DNA of 64,000 nucleotides from PVC group bacterium (GTDB taxonomy: Bacteria; Omnitrophota; Gorgyraeia; B26-G9): NCBI GenBank assembly GCA_024231215.1, contig JAAEQR010000072.1, positions 257,210 to 321,209 on the forward strand, read 5' to 3'. Shown piece after piece: positions 48,701 through 50,978 of the stretch. How positions within the stretch are numbered: the stretch's first letter is position 1; each line of letters starts with the position of its first letter. The notes beneath the pieces were generated by a model, which saw only the letters and a list, made by a program, of their open reading frames with translations, searched no databases and was not told the DNA's origin. Made by a program: the position numbers and the translations under genes.

Positions 48701-50941
48701 CTTAATGATTATATTATGCAAACAATTAATGAATTGGGTGGGGAAGCTATTTGGAATCGAGAGTATGATGTAAACGAAGGACGTTTTTATATCATTATGC
48801 CATTAGCTATGCTTACTGTATTTAGCGGGTGGCTTATGATTTTGTTTGACTTGACTCCGTTTGTGGGAATTAATGCTATTTTTTGGAGTATTGGAATACT
48901 TGCAAATCAGATACTTACTTTTCATGGACTTTTAGCTTATTTAAGAAAAACAGGATACGTTGCGCTAAGTGCAGCAGTGTTTGGAATTATCGGGATGGGG
49001 CTAGGATTTATGTCCGGTGGCATGCTGGGAGCAGTAATTTGGGGAATTGTTGGTCAGTTGTACGGAGGTTTTATTGTTGGTTTTAATGCTTGGATGTCTA
49101 AACGTATTCGAGATGCGGTTCTTTTTGCTTCGCGGGTGAACATTGAGACTTTTGCCCAGATAAAAGGACATATAGGAATTAATTTCGAATTTAAGCTTTC
49201 GGGTAAAGGTGGGGATAGTCCAGCTGTCCCGTGGATTGGTTTGTCGATATTCTATAATCAAAAAGCCAAAAAATTACAATTTATATCCATATGGAATCAA
49301 GATGAAAATAAAAAGGAAATAGATATAACTAGTTTGAATTTTATAGTATTTGTTGGTGCAGTTATTTCTGTGATTACTTTTTTAGTTATTCCGAAGCTTT
49401 CATTGTTAAACGTGATAATGACAATCCTTGGATTGATTTTTATTATGGGTATACCTATGGGACCGTTTTTAATGAAGCGAAAAATTGGAGAACATAGTCC
49501 CATAGGTGAGTTTATTGGAAAGAATATAGTGGGTTTTGGTGGCGGAGCTTTATTTCTTACGGCAATTTCTCTACTGGGACGGCATGGGGTGATGAGTGGA
49601 TTTGACATGTTGGTTTCCGGGGCGGGATGGCTATTGATGATTGCGGTGAATGTAATTCCAATAATACGAATAATTACTCAGTGGCAGTTTAGGGATGTTC
49701 CGGAAGGATCCATAAGTATTAATACATTTAGAGATCCTGAAACTGTAAAGAAGCTACACAAGAAGAAGGTCGATGAAATTGCTCGTAAAAAAGCTAAGAA
49801 AAATGCTAAGTTTAAGGTCAAAGAAATTACTCATAGACAAGCTAAGAAAAAGGCTAGGTTTTTGGAATGGCTATATCTTAGCAGGGATGCTAGAGTTACT
49901 TCTGAAACAGCGCGTGGTTTCTGGTGGGCGATGATTACTTTAAGTTGGTTTATACTTGTTCCTAGAGATGCTGTGATTACTGCGTCTTTTGGTAAATATA
50001 TGTCAGCTTTTCCCATTGCATTAGTAGTTAGTATTGTTACAAAGGGAATAATATATATAATTATAAGTGTATGGTTAGGTAAATTTGTTGAGGTTATCCA
50101 GACTCGTTGGTGGATTGCGAAATCTAATGCTTTGCGTCGGACAATACTGCCGTTAATTGAACAAGCTGTAAATTCAGGTCGTTACACGTATACTTTGAAT
50201 GAAATATTGACGCGTTTTCCTGCTATAGATAAAGGGATAAGTAATCGATCCTTCCGTCAGGTCAAAACGGCATATAGAGACATTCATAGGATGTTGAACG
50301 AATATGATAATCGTAATATACTTGATAATTCAGAGATAATTAAAATAAATGCTCTCGAGTTTTATAAAGTAGATACTAAGACAATTGTTGCGTCTCCTAA
50401 GGTGATGTCTGCATTAATTGGGATTACAGCGTTAATGGGATTAACTTATATAAATTATCAATTTGGATTTGAGGGAGTGGTTATCGGCATTCAGGCTTTT
50501 TCTAGAACGTTAAATACATTCGTGGCTCAACTGCCTTTCCAAGAGGGATTTGTTGCGCAGAATATCCATTGGCTTATAACTGCAGGGAGCGCGCTGTTAG
50601 GTCTTATCATTATAAGGTTAAGGAGAAGGTTCTTAAAGGCTGTCAGGGGTAGAAGCAAAGAGGATCTATTGGGAGGGGTGATGCCATATTTAATAAAGGG
50701 AAGGAACAAAGCTCCTAAAAAATCTTCACCTAAAAATGCTATAGTATCAATTCTTGAGGCATTTTCATCTGCTGCTCGGAAGAGGCAGGCAATAGTTAAG
50801 CCAACAGTTACTTCTTCAGATGAAAAATGGATAGAAGGAGAAGAATCAAAGGAACGTGGTTCTCCTCTTTCGGGGTTAATTAAATTAGATGATAGAGAAG
50901 AAGCAGTTCAGGAAAGTTTGTTGATTGAGGCTGCGATTTAA
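18749..50941 (+). CDS. Giant multidomain protein (10,730 aa): N-terminal extension + hydrophobic '[10 protein letters not shown]' motif, SecA-like ATPase module, ~10-helix membrane domain, ~1,700-aa coiled-coil-like tract, long beta-rich body containing a degenerate clan GH-A glycosidase-like domain, and C-terminal polytopic membrane bundles
   Basis: A single frame is open for 32,193 nt in AT-rich DNA, where stops should occur every ~20 codons, so this reflects selection. Domain calls come from motifs read in the translation (see sub-features). The start is uncertain: ATG 18749 has a weak SD, and in-frame TTG 18935 gives [22 protein letters not shown].., which fits the family N-terminus. Confidence 0.85.
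   Translation: [10730 protein letters not shown]
19430..21700 (+). other. SecA-like module within the giant protein (NBD1, PPXD-like insert, NBD2, start of helical scaffold)
   Basis: Blocks matching E. coli SecA from memory: WDVQ..[8 protein letters not shown] vs FDVQ..MRTGEGKT (Walker A, nt 19652-19675); NLVERDAM vs [26 protein letters not shown] vs [41 protein letters not shown] vs [21 protein letters not shown] (nt ~20042); VNLTPNG vs [42 protein letters not shown] vs [49 protein letters not shown] vs ATNMAGRGTDI (nt ~21206); [26 protein letters not shown] vs [28 protein letters not shown]. Confidence 0.8.
22200..23470 (+). other. Polytopic membrane domain (~10 predicted TM helices) immediately after the SecA-like module
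   Basis: Successive ~20-aa hydrophobic stretches: [216 protein letters not shown]. Confidence 0.6.
24150..29450 (+). other. K/E/Q/L-rich, heptad-like alpha-helical (coiled-coil-prone) tract of ~1,700 aa with short interruptions
   Basis: Composition and periodicity of the translation (e.g. [14 protein letters not shown].., [33 protein letters not shown].., [35 protein letters not shown]..); recurring LDPNNT/VDPNNT motifs around nt 28100-28560. Confidence 0.5.
41360..42030 (+). other. Degenerate clan GH-A (TIM-barrel glycosidase)-like domain inside the giant protein, paralogous to the downstream GH genes but lacking the nucleophile motif
   Basis: Aligns block-by-block with ORF 54692 and ORF 59001: MRGVTFFS vs [19 protein letters not shown] vs MGANVFRIYHH / [20 protein letters not shown] vs [21 protein letters not shown] vs VLMWVFGNENNY (acid/base Glu retained as DE); [14 protein letters not shown] vs [23 protein letters not shown] vs [18 protein letters not shown] replaces KPVLVTEYG (nucleophile TEYG lost). 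Confidence 0.55.
46300..50650 (+). other. C-terminal region of the giant protein with multiple TM-helix bundles separated by soluble segments and a highly basic K-rich linker (~49740-49870)
   Basis: Hydrophobic runs: [267 protein letters not shown]. Basic linker [38 protein letters not shown]. Confidence 0.55.
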
Positions 50942-50978
50942 TAAATATTTTCAGGAAAGGCAAAGAAAGGCAAAGCTC

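Noticed and set aside
18749-50941. Giant ORF as a chimeric assembly artefact or several fused genes
   Set aside because: No internal stop in 10,730 codons of AT-rich sequence, no internal RBS/start-like boundaries at domain junctions, and consistent codon usage throughout. The window contains no repeats that would drive misassembly. This still deserves read-level confirmation.
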